In this document: positions 21,170-32,895 of the stretch, one piece after another
Layout of the letters: each line of letters starts with the position of its first letter
How positions within the stretch are numbered: position 1 is the stretch's first letter
DNA from: Betaproteobacteria bacterium
Lineage (GTDB): Bacteria; Pseudomonadota; Gammaproteobacteria; Burkholderiales; Burkholderiaceae_C
Reading direction: 5' to 3'
Length of the DNA: 64,000 bases
Assembly: GCA_031410435.1 (NCBI GenBank)
Contig: JANNZD010000281.1
Coordinates: 16,915 to 80,914, forward strand
Notes under the pieces: generated by a model
What the model was told of the DNA's origin: nothing
The model's input: only the letters and a program-made list of their open reading frames with translations
Databases searched by the model: none
Program-made: the position numbers and the translations under genes

Positions 21170-22129
21170 CTACTTCAGCAGCCCGGCCTCTTTGTAAAAG
21201 CGCTCGGCACCGGGATGAAGCGGGATGCCCGCGCCCTTGAGCGCGTTCTCCTTGGTGATGAACCTGCCCTTGGCATGGCCGGCGGCCAGGTTCTTCTGGG
21301 CAGCGTCGCCATAGAGCGCCTTGGTGATCTCGTAGACCGTGTTGGCATCGGCCTTGTCGCTGGTCACCCACTGCGCGCCCATCGCCAGGGTCTTGGTCGC
21401 GCCCACGCCCTTGTAGGTGTCGGCGGCGATCAGGTCGCTGGAGAAGAAGGGGTCGCTCTTGCGGATCGCTTCGGCCTGCGCCCCGTCTATGGGCCCCAGC
21501 TCGATACCGGCGCCCGACGTGGCCAGCTCGCCGTTGGCGCCGGCCGGCGCACCGCCGACGAAGAAGAAGGCGTCGAGCGCGCCGTCCTTCATCTTGTCAC
21601 CGGCCTGGTTGGGCTTGATGTACTCGGGCTTCAGGTCCGCGTCCTTCAGGCCATAGGCGGCCAGGATGATGCGGGCATCGATCAGCGTGCCCGAGCCGGG
21701 TTCGTCCAGCGCCACACGCTTGCCCTTCAGGTCGGCCACGCTCTTGATGCCCGAGCCCTTGCGCACCACCAGGTGCACGCTCTCGGGGTAGAGGTTGGCG
21801 ATCAGGCGCAGGCCGGTGATGGCGGGCTTGCCCTCGAACACGCCCTTGCCGGTGTAGGCCCAGCTGGCCACGTCGGCCTGCGAGAAGCCCGATTCCAGCG
21901 CCCCGCCGGCGATGCCGGTGACATTCGCCAGCGAGCCGTTGGACGCCTGGGCCGTGACCACGATCTTGCCGGGCTGCGAGACCGCATTCGCGATCATCCC
22001 GCCCACCGGGTAATAGGTGCCGGCGGTGCCGCCGGTACCGATGCGGAAGAACTGCTGGGCCTGGGCGCCGGCGGTGGCCAGGGTCAGCAGGCCGGCGGCG
22101 GCGGCGCCGATGATGAATCGTTTGAACAT
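21170..22129 (-). CDS. TAXI family TRAP solute-binding protein
   Basis: Signal peptide, then IGTGGTAGTYYPVGG, ASNGSLAN, LYPESVHLV, DEPGSGT, PLHPGAERFY. Start ATG 22129. Confidence 0.93.
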   Translation of the reverse strand: MFKRFIIGAAAAGLLTLATAGAQAQQFFRIGTGGTAGTYYPVGGMIANAVSQPGKIVVTAQASNGSLANVTGIAGGALESGFSQADVASWAYTGKGVFEGKPAITGLRLIANLYPESVHLVVRKGSGIKSVADLKGKRVALDEPGSGTLIDARIILAAYGLKDADLKPEYIKPNQAGDKMKDGALDAFFFVGGAPAGANGELATSGAGIELGPIDGAQAEAIRKSDPFFSSDLIAADTYKGVGATKTLAMGAQWVTSDKADANTVYEITKALYGDAAQKNLAAGHAKGRFITKENALKGAGIPLHPGAERFYKEAGLLK

Positions 22130-22270
22130 ACGGGAATCTCCTGGGCAGCAGGGGCCAGCCGGCGCCGGCCCGACAGCCCGGGAGTACAGCACAATGATCT
22201 GGCCCCTCCAAGGTGGTGAACCCTGGATTGCATACCGCTCCCACCGCCCTGCCCCGGGGCCGCGAATCCG

Positions 22271-23842
22271 ATGCCCGCAACCCTGCCGCCCACGCTGTGC
22301 CCGGTGCTGCCCAGCCAGGCCGATTGGCCATTGTTCGACGCGGCCGCCAGCCGGCAGATCGAACAGGCAGCGCTGGCGCAAAGCGCGCCGCAGGCCTTGA
22401 TGGCCCAGGCCGGCCTGGCGGTGGCCCGGCTGGCGCTGGCGATCGCGCCCGCCGCACGCCAGGTCTGGATCGCCGCCGGCCCCGGCAACAACGGCGGCGA
22501 CGGCCTGGTAGCCGGCCGGCTGCTGCACCAGCAGGGCTGGGCGGTGCGCATCAGCCTGGTGGGTGAGCCGCGCCAGCGGCCGGCCGACGCCGCCTGGGCA
22601 TTGCGGCAGGCCCAGGATGCCGGCGTGGCCATCGAGACCGGCCCGGCCGGCCCCCTCACCGGCACCGGCCTGGCGATCGATGCGTTGCTGGGCCTGGGCA
22701 ACACCCGGGCGCCGCAGGGCGATATCGCCCAGGCGGTGCACCTTCTCAACAGCGGCACCGTGCCGGTGCTGGCGGTGGACCTGCCCACCGGATTGTGCGG
22801 CGACACCGGCCGGTGCCTGGGCGACGCGGTGGTGAACGCCGCCCACACCCTGGCCCTGTTGACGCTCAAGCCTGGCCTGTTCACCGGCCACGGCCGGGAC
22901 CTGTCGGGTCGGGTCTGGCTGGCCGGCCTGGGGGTGGGCCTGTCGCCGCACAGCCCCAGCGCCAGCCTGCAGGGCCCCGGCCTGCTGAAGTGGCTGCTGC
23001 CCGGGCGCCGCCACGCTCAACACAAGGGCAGCTTTGGCGATGTGCTGGTGATCGCCGGGGCACCGGGCATGGGCGGCGCCGCCAGCCTGGCCGCGCGGGC
23101 GGCGCTGGCGGCCGGTGCCGGGCGCGTCTACCTGGCCAGGCTGGACGGCGAGACCCAGCCCGACGCCCAGCGCCCCGAACTGATGCCCCGCACGCTGGCC
23201 CAGGCCCTGCAACCGGCCCTGTTGGCCGGTGCCACAGTGGTCTGCGGTTGCGGCGGCGGCACCGCAGTGGCAGCCTGCCTGCCCGCGGTGCTGGCGCAGG
23301 CCGCGCGGCTGGTGCTGGACGCCGATGCGCTCAACGCACTGGCCGCCGACCCGGCCTTGATGCAGGGCCTGCAGGCGCGCGCCGCCCAGGGCCTGCCCAC
23401 AGTCTTGACGCCCCACCCGCTGGAGGCAGCGCGCTTGCTGGGCCAGACCGCCGCCGCGGTGCAGGCCGACCGGCTGGCTGCCGCACAGGCGCTGGCCCTG
23501 GCCTGCCGCAGCACGGTGGTGCTCAAGGGCTCGGGCACGGTGATCGCCACGCCGGGCGGCATCCCGGCGCTCAACCCGACCGGCAATGCCCGCCTGGGCA
23601 CAGCCGGCAGCGGTGATGTGCTGGCCGGCTGGCTGGGCGGGCTGTGGTCGCAGAGCTTTGCCGCCGTCGCCCAAAGCGCCGTTGAATTCCAGGCCGACAG
23701 CGCCAGCGGCGCCAACGCCGCCCGGGCAGCGGTCTGGCTGCACGGCCGGGCCGCCGAAACCGGCGATGCCCGCCTGCCGCTGCGCGCTGCCGCGTTGATC
23801 GAGGCGATGATCGGGGCCGTTTCGGCAACGTCCGCCGGGTGA
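22271..23842 (+). CDS. nnr: Bifunctional NAD(P)HX epimerase/dehydratase (YjeF)
   Basis: GPGNNGGDG, DALLGLG, AVDLPTG, HKGSFG, LDADAL, LTPHPLEAARL, GSGDVLAG. Confidence 0.93.
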   Translation: MPATLPPTLCPVLPSQADWPLFDAAASRQIEQAALAQSAPQALMAQAGLAVARLALAIAPAARQVWIAAGPGNNGGDGLVAGRLLHQQGWAVRISLVGEPRQRPADAAWALRQAQDAGVAIETGPAGPLTGTGLAIDALLGLGNTRAPQGDIAQAVHLLNSGTVPVLAVDLPTGLCGDTGRCLGDAVVNAAHTLALLTLKPGLFTGHGRDLSGRVWLAGLGVGLSPHSPSASLQGPGLLKWLLPGRRHAQHKGSFGDVLVIAGAPGMGGAASLAARAALAAGAGRVYLARLDGETQPDAQRPELMPRTLAQALQPALLAGATVVCGCGGGTAVAACLPAVLAQAARLVLDADALNALAADPALMQGLQARAAQGLPTVLTPHPLEAARLLGQTAAAVQADRLAAAQALALACRSTVVLKGSGTVIATPGGIPALNPTGNARLGTAGSGDVLAGWLGGLWSQSFAAVAQSAVEFQADSASGANAARAAVWLHGRAAETGDARLPLRAAALIEAMIGAVSATSAG

Positions 23843-23892
23843 CGCGAACCCCTCACTTGCCCTCCCCCCACCAACCCCGACAGGAAACCGGT

Positions 23893-24936
23893 ATGCCCAC
23901 CCTCACCTACCCAGCCCCCATGCACCGCCCAAACGCCCTCCACCGCCTGGCCGAGCCGCTTGCCTCGGCACCGGCCCGCTGGCTGGTCGCTCTGGGCCTG
24001 CTGGCCGGCCTGGCCGCGCCGGCGGCCGCGCAGACCGTGATGCGCATCAACATCTCGATCGGCCAGAACTCGCACCAGGGCGTGGCCATCGACACCTTCG
24101 CCAAGGAGGTGGCCCAGCGCACCAACAACCGTTACAAGATTGAAACCTATTACGCCGGCTCACTGGGCGGCGAGCGCGAGTCGATCGAATCGGTGCAACT
24201 GGGCACCCAGGCTTTGACCTTCAGCTCCACCGGCCCGGTGCCCAACTTCGTGCCCGAGGCGCGCATCCTCGACATCCCCTTTCTGTTCCGCGACAAGGCC
24301 CATGCGCGCGCGGTGCTGGACGGGCCCATCGGCCAGGAGATGCTGGGCAAGTTCGACGCCAAGGGCTTCAAGGCCCTGGCCTGGGGTGAAAACGGCTTGC
24401 GCCACATGACCAACAGCAAGCGTGACGTCAACTCGCCCGACGATCTGAAGGGCCTGAAGATGCGCACGATGGAAAACCCGGTGCACATGGCCGCTTACAA
24501 GGGCCTGGGCATCGTGACCACGCCGATGGCCTTTCCCGAGGTGTTCACCGCCTTGCAGCAGGGCACGGTGGACGGCCAGGAGAACCCGCTGTCGGTGATC
24601 ATGGCGGCCAAGTTCGACCAGGTGCAGAAGCACCTGTCGCTGACCGGCCATGTCTACTCGCCGGCGATCTTCCTGATGAACAAGGCCCAGTTCGACAAGC
24701 TCGCCGATGCTGACAAGCAGGCCTTCATCGCTGCGGCCAAGGCTGGCGTGGTGCTCAACCGCGCACGCGTCGACGAGGACGACAGCAAAGGCGTGGCAGA
24801 GCTGCGCAGCAAGGGCATGACGGTGATCGAGAACATAGACAAGGCCAAGTTCGTGGCCAAGCTGGCCGACGTCAATGCGCAGTTCGAGAAGCAGTTCGGC
24901 AAGGATGCGATCGACCGCATCCGCAACGTCAAGTGA
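23893..24936 (+). CDS. dctP: DctP family TRAP solute-binding protein
   Basis: SD AGGA before ATG 23893; signal-like helix; LGGERE, WGENGLRH, DLKGLKMRT, EVFTALQQGTVDGQEN. Confidence 0.92.
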   Translation: MPTLTYPAPMHRPNALHRLAEPLASAPARWLVALGLLAGLAAPAAAQTVMRINISIGQNSHQGVAIDTFAKEVAQRTNNRYKIETYYAGSLGGERESIESVQLGTQALTFSSTGPVPNFVPEARILDIPFLFRDKAHARAVLDGPIGQEMLGKFDAKGFKALAWGENGLRHMTNSKRDVNSPDDLKGLKMRTMENPVHMAAYKGLGIVTTPMAFPEVFTALQQGTVDGQENPLSVIMAAKFDQVQKHLSLTGHVYSPAIFLMNKAQFDKLADADKQAFIAAAKAGVVLNRARVDEDDSKGVAELRSKGMTVIENIDKAKFVAKLADVNAQFEKQFGKDAIDRIRNVK

Positions 24937-24964
24937 TGGTCGGCAGGCCTGGCCGGATCTGCCC

Positions 24965-25459
24965 ATGAAAGCCCTGTTCCTGCGCATCGAGCAGTGGACC
25001 ACGTCGCTGTCGCTGGCAGTGGCCTGCGCGATGTTGGCCATCGCCAGCGGCCTCGGCCTGTTCCAGATCTTCACCCGCTTCATCCTGGCCACGCCGGCGG
25101 AGTGGACCGAGGTGCTGATCCGCTTCAGCCTGATCTGGATGGTCTTCATGGGCATACCGGCGGCCTTCCGCCAGGGTGCGATGGTCAGCGTGGACCTGCT
25201 CTACCGCCGCAGCAGCCCGGCCGGCCAGCGGGTGCTGGGGGCGATCGCGGCGGCAGCCTCGCTGGTGCTGATCGGCGTGGTGATCTGGTGGGGCTGGGAC
25301 TATGCCAACCGCGGCAAGGTGCAGAGCGTGGTGGGCCTGGAGGACGTGTCGATGTTCTGGGCCTACCTGGCGCTGCCGGTGGGTGGCCTGTTCAGCGTGT
25401 TGGGCATCGTGGGCAACCTGCTGGACCCGCAGCGCCTTGATCTGGAGACCGCGCAATGA
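24965..25459 (+). CDS. dctQ: TRAP small permease DctQ
   Basis: Four TM helices; WTEVLIRFSLIWMVF, MVSVDLL; lies between dctP and dctM. Confidence 0.9.
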   Translation: MKALFLRIEQWTTSLSLAVACAMLAIASGLGLFQIFTRFILATPAEWTEVLIRFSLIWMVFMGIPAAFRQGAMVSVDLLYRRSSPAGQRVLGAIAAAASLVLIGVVIWWGWDYANRGKVQSVVGLEDVSMFWAYLALPVGGLFSVLGIVGNLLDPQRLDLETAQ

Positions 25460-26733
25460 GCCTGGCCATGTTGATCTCGATGGTGGCGTGCTTTGCGCTC
25501 ACCATCTCGGTGGCGGTCTCGATCGGCCTGTCGGCACTGGTCGGCATGCACCTGAGCGACGCCCACATGCTGATCTCGGTGAAGGAGATGTTCAACTCGC
25601 TGAACAAATTCCCGCTGGCCGCGATCCCCTTCTTCATCCTGGCCGGCAACATCATGGAGACCGGCGGGATCTCGCGCCGGCTGGTCGAGTTTGCCAAGAG
25701 CATCGTCGGCGGCGTGCAGGGCGGCCTGCCGATGACCTGCGTGCTCACGTGCATGATCTTCGCCGCCGTGTCGGGCTCGTCGGTGGCCACTACTTTTGCC
25801 ATCGGCGCGGTGCTGATCCCGGCGCTGATCAAGCATGGCTACCCCACGCCCTACGCGGCCGCGCTGCAGGCCACGGCGGCCGAACTGGGGGTGATCATCC
25901 CGCCGTCGATCCCGATGATCCTGTACGGCGTCAGCGCCGAGGTCTCGATCGGCGAGATGTTCATCGCCGGCATCGGCCCGGGCATCTTCATCGGCCTGAG
26001 CCTGATGCTCTTCGTCTGGGTGCAGTGCAAGCTCAAGGGCTGGGGCAAGAACGACGGCGACGGACGGCTGGGCGTCGGTGCGGCCACCTTCAAGGCGGCC
26101 TGGGCGCTGCTGATGCCGGTGATCATTCTGGGCGGCATCTACGGCGGCATCTTCACGCCCACCGAGGCCTCGGCGGTGGCAGTGTTCTATGCCCTGCTGG
26201 TGGGCACGGTGGTCTACCGTGAGATCGGTTGGGCCGAGTTGCTGCAGATCCTGCGCAAGTCGGCCATCAGCAGCGCGGTGGTGATGTTCATCATCGCCAA
26301 TGCCGGCATGTTCGCCTACCTGATCACCCGCGCGGGCGTGCCCGACGCCATCGGCCGCTGGATGGTCGACATATTGCGCTCGCCTTTCTACTTCCTGCTG
26401 GGTGTGAACGCCGCGCTGTTCGTGATCGGCATGTTCATCGAGACCAGCGCGTCGATCATCGTGCTGGCGCCCATCCTGGCCCCGGTGGCGGTGCACTTCG
26501 GCATCGACCCGATCCACTTCGGCCTGGTCATGGTGGTCAATCTGGCGCTGGGCATGATCACGCCGCCCTTCGGCGTCAACCTGTTCGCGGCCAGCACTGT
26601 GGCCCGGATCTCGGTGGACCGCATCGTGCGCGACCTGCTGCCCTTTGTGGCGGTGGTGCTGGCCTGCCTGATGGTGATCAGCTACGTGCCCGTGCTCTCG
26701 CTCGGGCTGCGCGACCTGGTCTACAGCCGCTGA
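25456..26733 (+). CDS. dctM: TRAP large permease DctM
   Basis: LAAIPFFILAG, SGSSVAT, GVIIPPSIPMI, FTPTEAS, GMITPPFGVNLF. Confidence 0.94.
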   Translation: MSLAMLISMVACFALTISVAVSIGLSALVGMHLSDAHMLISVKEMFNSLNKFPLAAIPFFILAGNIMETGGISRRLVEFAKSIVGGVQGGLPMTCVLTCMIFAAVSGSSVATTFAIGAVLIPALIKHGYPTPYAAALQATAAELGVIIPPSIPMILYGVSAEVSIGEMFIAGIGPGIFIGLSLMLFVWVQCKLKGWGKNDGDGRLGVGAATFKAAWALLMPVIILGGIYGGIFTPTEASAVAVFYALLVGTVVYREIGWAELLQILRKSAISSAVVMFIIANAGMFAYLITRAGVPDAIGRWMVDILRSPFYFLLGVNAALFVIGMFIETSASIIVLAPILAPVAVHFGIDPIHFGLVMVVNLALGMITPPFGVNLFAASTVARISVDRIVRDLLPFVAVVLACLMVISYVPVLSLGLRDLVYSR

Positions 26734-26746
26734 AGATCTGAATCAA

Positions 26747-26775
26747 GCGCTTGCCCGCAAGCATGCGGGCAGCGC
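26747..26775. terminator. GC-rich hairpin between convergent dctM and rnr
   Basis: TGCCCGCA-AGCA-TGCGGGCA with outer GCGC pairs; no U tract. Confidence 0.4.
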
Positions 26776-26825
26776 CTGCGCCAGCCATGCGCTGCCTTTC
26801 GGCAGACCATGCGCGGGCTCTAGAG

Positions 26826-29045
26826 CTATCGGCGGCTGCGCGAGGGCTTGGCGCCCCCGCCCTTCTTGCCCGCCGTCGATCCGCGCGCCGCCACCGCCTT
26901 GCCACGCGCGGCCTTGGCCTCGCGGTCGCGGGTCTTGACGGCCTTCAGCTCCTCGGTCGGCGAGGCGGCCACGGCCGGCTTGCGTTTGCGGTCCACCAGG
27001 GCGTCGGTCTCGCCTTCGCGCACCAGGCGGAAGTCGATCTTGCGGCCGTCCAGGTCGACCCGGCTGACCTGCACCCGCACCCGCGAGCCGATGGCATAGC
27101 GCACGCCACTGCGCTCGCCGCGCAACTCGCCACGCGCTTCGTCCAAGCGGAAGTACTCGCCGCCCAGCTCGGTGATGTGCACCAGGCCCTCGACATACAG
27201 CTCGTCGAGCGTGACGAACAGGCCGAAACTGGTGGCCGCGGTGACAGCCCCGGCGTATTCCTCGCCCAGGTGGTCGCGCATGAAGCGGCATTTCAACCAG
27301 GCCTCGACATCGCGCGAGGCCTCGTCGGCACGCCGCTCGTTGGCGCTGCAGTGCGCGCCGGCCGATTCCCACAGCGCTGCGTCGTGCGTGTTGGCCGGCA
27401 CCTTGGCCGCGCCCTTGCCAGGCTTGTGTAGGGCGCTCTTGGCGGCCGGCCCGGCCGCGGCCGTGGTCTCGACCACGCCGCCGGCCAGGTGGTAGCGTTT
27501 GCCGAGCAGCAGGGCCTTGATCACCCGGTGCACCAGCAGGTCCGGGTAGCGCCGGATCGGGCTGGTGAAGTGGGCATAGGCCTGGTAGGCCAGGCCGAAG
27601 TGGCCGGCATTGCTGGCGGTGTAGATCGCCTGCTGCATAGCGCGCAGCAACATCGACGAGATCTGCGCCGCATCGACCCGGTCCTTGGTAGCCTGCGCGA
27701 TGGCCTGCAGCTCGGCCGGCTTGGGGTCGTCGCTCAGGCTCACACCCAGACCCAGGGTGCGCAGGTAGTTCTGCAGCGTCAGGCGCTTCTCGGGGGTCGG
27801 GCCCTCGTGCACCCGGTACAGCGCCGGGTGCTTGTGGCTGTCGATGAACTCGGCGGCGCAGACATTGGCCGCCAGCATCGCCTCCTCGATCAGGCGGTGC
27901 GCCTCGGTGCGGGTGCGCGGCACGATCTTCTCGATGCGGCCGTTGTCGTCACAGACGATCTGGGTCTCGGTCGATTCGAAGTCGATCGCACCCCGGGTGC
28001 CGCGGTGCTTGAGCAGCGCCCGGTAGACCTCGTGCAGGTGGATCAGGTGGGGCAGCAGATCGGCCCGGCGCTGCGCCTCGGCGCCGCGGGTGTTGGCCAG
28101 GAGGGTGGCCACCTCGGTATAGGTCAGGCGCGCATGGCTGCGGATCACCGCCGGGAAGAACTGGTAGGCGCTGATTTCGCCCTGGGCCGACACCAGCATG
28201 TCGCAGACCATGCTCAGGCGCTCCTCCTCGGGGTTGAGCGAGCACAGGCCGTTGCTGATCTTCTCCGGCAGCATCGGGATCACCCGGCGCGGAAAGTACA
28301 CCGAGGTGGCGCGCTCGTAGGCGTCGTCGTCCAGCGGCTCGCCGGGCTTCACATAGTGGCTCACGTCGGCGATCGCAACCACCAGGCGCCAGCCCTCGAA
28401 GGCCGTCTTGCCGCGGCCCTTCTTGAGCGGCTCGCAGTACACCGCATCGTCGAAGTCGCGGGCGTCCTCGCCGTCGATGGTGACCAGCGGCACATCAGTG
28501 AGGTCGATGCGGTTGCGCTTGTCGGCCGGGCGCACCTTGTCGGGCAGCGCGCCCGCCTGGGCCAGGGTCTCGGCCGAAAACTGGTGCGGCACCTCGTATT
28601 TGCGCACCGCAATCTCGATCTCCATGCCTGGGTCGTCGATCTCGCCCAGCACCTCGGTGACGCGGCCCACCGGCTGCGAGTGCATCGACGGTGGCTCGGT
28701 CAGCTCGATCGCAACCACCTGCCCGACGGTGGCATTGGCCGTGGCATTCTTGGGGATCAGGATGTCCTGGCCATAGCGGCGGTCCTCCGGGGCCACCAGC
28801 CATACGCCGCTCTCATGCAACAGGCGGCCGATGATCGGGCTCTTGCGGCGCTCGACGATGTCGAGCACCCGCCCTTCAGGCCGCCCCTTGCGGTCGTAGC
28901 GCACCACCCGGGCGCGGATGCGGTCGCGGTGCAAGACCGAACGCATCTCCTGGGGCGGCAGGTAGAGATCGGGTTCGTTGTCGTCACGGCGCACAAAGCC
29001 GTGGCCGTCACGGTGGCCGATCACGGTGCCTTCCACTTCACTCAT
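26826..29045 (-). CDS. rnr: Ribonuclease R
   Basis: GHRDGHGF cold-shock domain, TIDGEDARDFDDA, IADVSHYV, YAHFTSPIRRYPDL, S1 domain, basic tail. Confidence 0.96.
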   Translation of the reverse strand: MSEVEGTVIGHRDGHGFVRRDDNEPDLYLPPQEMRSVLHRDRIRARVVRYDRKGRPEGRVLDIVERRKSPIIGRLLHESGVWLVAPEDRRYGQDILIPKNATANATVGQVVAIELTEPPSMHSQPVGRVTEVLGEIDDPGMEIEIAVRKYEVPHQFSAETLAQAGALPDKVRPADKRNRIDLTDVPLVTIDGEDARDFDDAVYCEPLKKGRGKTAFEGWRLVVAIADVSHYVKPGEPLDDDAYERATSVYFPRRVIPMLPEKISNGLCSLNPEEERLSMVCDMLVSAQGEISAYQFFPAVIRSHARLTYTEVATLLANTRGAEAQRRADLLPHLIHLHEVYRALLKHRGTRGAIDFESTETQIVCDDNGRIEKIVPRTRTEAHRLIEEAMLAANVCAAEFIDSHKHPALYRVHEGPTPEKRLTLQNYLRTLGLGVSLSDDPKPAELQAIAQATKDRVDAAQISSMLLRAMQQAIYTASNAGHFGLAYQAYAHFTSPIRRYPDLLVHRVIKALLLGKRYHLAGGVVETTAAAGPAAKSALHKPGKGAAKVPANTHDAALWESAGAHCSANERRADEASRDVEAWLKCRFMRDHLGEEYAGAVTAATSFGLFVTLDELYVEGLVHITELGGEYFRLDEARGELRGERSGVRYAIGSRVRVQVSRVDLDGRKIDFRLVREGETDALVDRKRKPAVAASPTEELKAVKTRDREAKAARGKAVAARGSTAGKKGGGAKPSRSRR

Positions 29046-29091
29046 CAGTGCGGCACCGGCCGGCGGCGTGCCTGTGGTTTGATTTTGTTTG

Positions 29092-29101
29092 ATGCTATAC
29101 T
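29092..29101. promoter_or_regulatory. Overlapping -10 boxes: TGC-TATACT (plus, tRNA-Leu) and TAGCAT (minus, rnr)
   Basis: Plus strand ATGCTATACT between divergent rnr and tRNA. Confidence 0.6.
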
Positions 29102-29117
29102 CCTGCTTTCAGTACCT

Positions 29118-29202
<85 letters not shown>

Positions 29203-29210
29203 AGACAAGC

Positions 29211-29240
29211 AAGGCCAGCACGCAAGTGCTGGCCTTTTTT
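29211..29240 (+). terminator. Intrinsic terminator of tRNA-Leu
   Basis: AAGGCCAGCAC-GCAA-GTGCTGGCCTT followed by TTTT. Confidence 0.9.
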
Positions 29241-29419
29241 GTTGGGCTCACGCGCTTGCATGATGCTTCTGATGGCGCTGGTGATGTCGATGGCGATAGC
29301 GCCATGGCAGCGGGCTTCAGAAGGCTTGTAACAGTCTTGGGGCAAGGCCTGAATGTCGCGAGATCCCAGCCCCGCCCCGGCCAACAGGGCGGCGCGATGC
29401 CGGGCATCAACGCTGCGGG

Positions 29420-29941
29420 TCAGACCGAAAATTTCTTGGCCAGGCCGTCCGGGCGGAGATTGTCATACTCCTCGAAGGGCTGGTGGATCCACGGGCTGGT
29501 GGGCAGGTTCTCGACCCAGTATTCGGGCACATAGGTCGATCCACCCTTGACCCAGATCACCGCCGTGCGCAGCTCGGTGATGGCCGGCACGCCGCGCAGG
29601 CGGTCCACCACGGCCCGCAGCGTGACGCCGGAATCGGCCAGATCGTCCACCAGCAACACCCGGCCGGCCAGCTCACCCTTGGGCATGGTGATGTACTTGG
29701 CCATGTCCAGCCGGCCCTGGATGGTGCCCGCCTCGGCCCGGTAGCTGCTGGTGCTCATGATCGCCAGCGGCTTGTCGAAGACGCGCGAGAGCACATCGCC
29801 GGGCCGCATGCCACCCCGCGCCAGGCACAGGATCTGGTCGAACTCCCAGCCGGAATGCGCCACCTTGAGCGCCAGCCGCTCGATCAGCAGGTGGTATTCG
29901 TCCCAGCTCACATACAGGTGCTTGCCGTCGTCAGTCAGCAT
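29420..29941 (-). CDS. Type I phosphoribosyltransferase (hypoxanthine/xanthine-guanine PRT-like)
   Basis: LARGGMRPG and PRPP motif VLLVDDLADSGVTL; directly after purA. Confidence 0.88.
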   Translation of the reverse strand: MLTDDGKHLYVSWDEYHLLIERLALKVAHSGWEFDQILCLARGGMRPGDVLSRVFDKPLAIMSTSSYRAEAGTIQGRLDMAKYITMPKGELAGRVLLVDDLADSGVTLRAVVDRLRGVPAITELRTAVIWVKGGSTYVPEYWVENLPTSPWIHQPFEEYDNLRPDGLAKKFSV

Positions 29942-29998
29942 ATTGTTTCTCCTCGGCTTCGATGCCAGTTGTGATGGGCCAGCACGAATGGACTGCGC

Positions 29999-32547
<2,549 letters not shown>

Positions 32548-32575
32548 GTAAAAACCCGAGGGGATTGAAAACGGC

Positions 32576-32581
32576 ATTGTA
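32576..32581 (-). promoter_or_regulatory. Putative -10 (TACAAT) for hisZ-purA-PRT
   Basis: TACAAT 28 nt upstream of hisZ ATG; no clear -35. Confidence 0.5.
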
Positions 32582-32695
32582 CCGGCGCAGTCCCGGCGCG
32601 CTGCCTGCCGCCGCAGCCGGGACCAGCCGGCCAATCCTGGCAATCCAGCACCAGGCCTCAGCGGCCGACCGGCCCGGCGCGGCGCGACAATTGCC

Positions 32696-32881
32696 TCAAC
32701 GCCAGAGCAGCATCAGCAACAAGCCAGCCAGCATGCTCGACAAGCCGAGGAAGCGGATCTGGCCGTCGCTCATCGTGATGGCCTTCTCGAACACCTTGCG
32801 CCACAGCTTGGGGCTCAAAAACGGCAACAGCCCTTCAAACACCAGCATCAAGGCCAATGCGCCCAGCAGCCATTCGAACAT
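32696..32881 (-). CDS. DUF2065 (YjeT-like) small membrane protein
   Basis: [16 protein letters not shown]...GQIRFLGL; standard position after hflC. Confidence 0.88.
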   Translation of the reverse strand: MFEWLLGALALMLVFEGLLPFLSPKLWRKVFEKAITMSDGQIRFLGLSSMLAGLLLMLLWR

Positions 32882-32895
32882 CGGGCGGTCCGGCT

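Noticed and set aside
21170-23743. 857-aa ORF suggesting a fused TAXI protein
   Set aside because: The N-terminal 538 codons are antisense to nnr; the real protein starts at ATG 22129 with a signal peptide.
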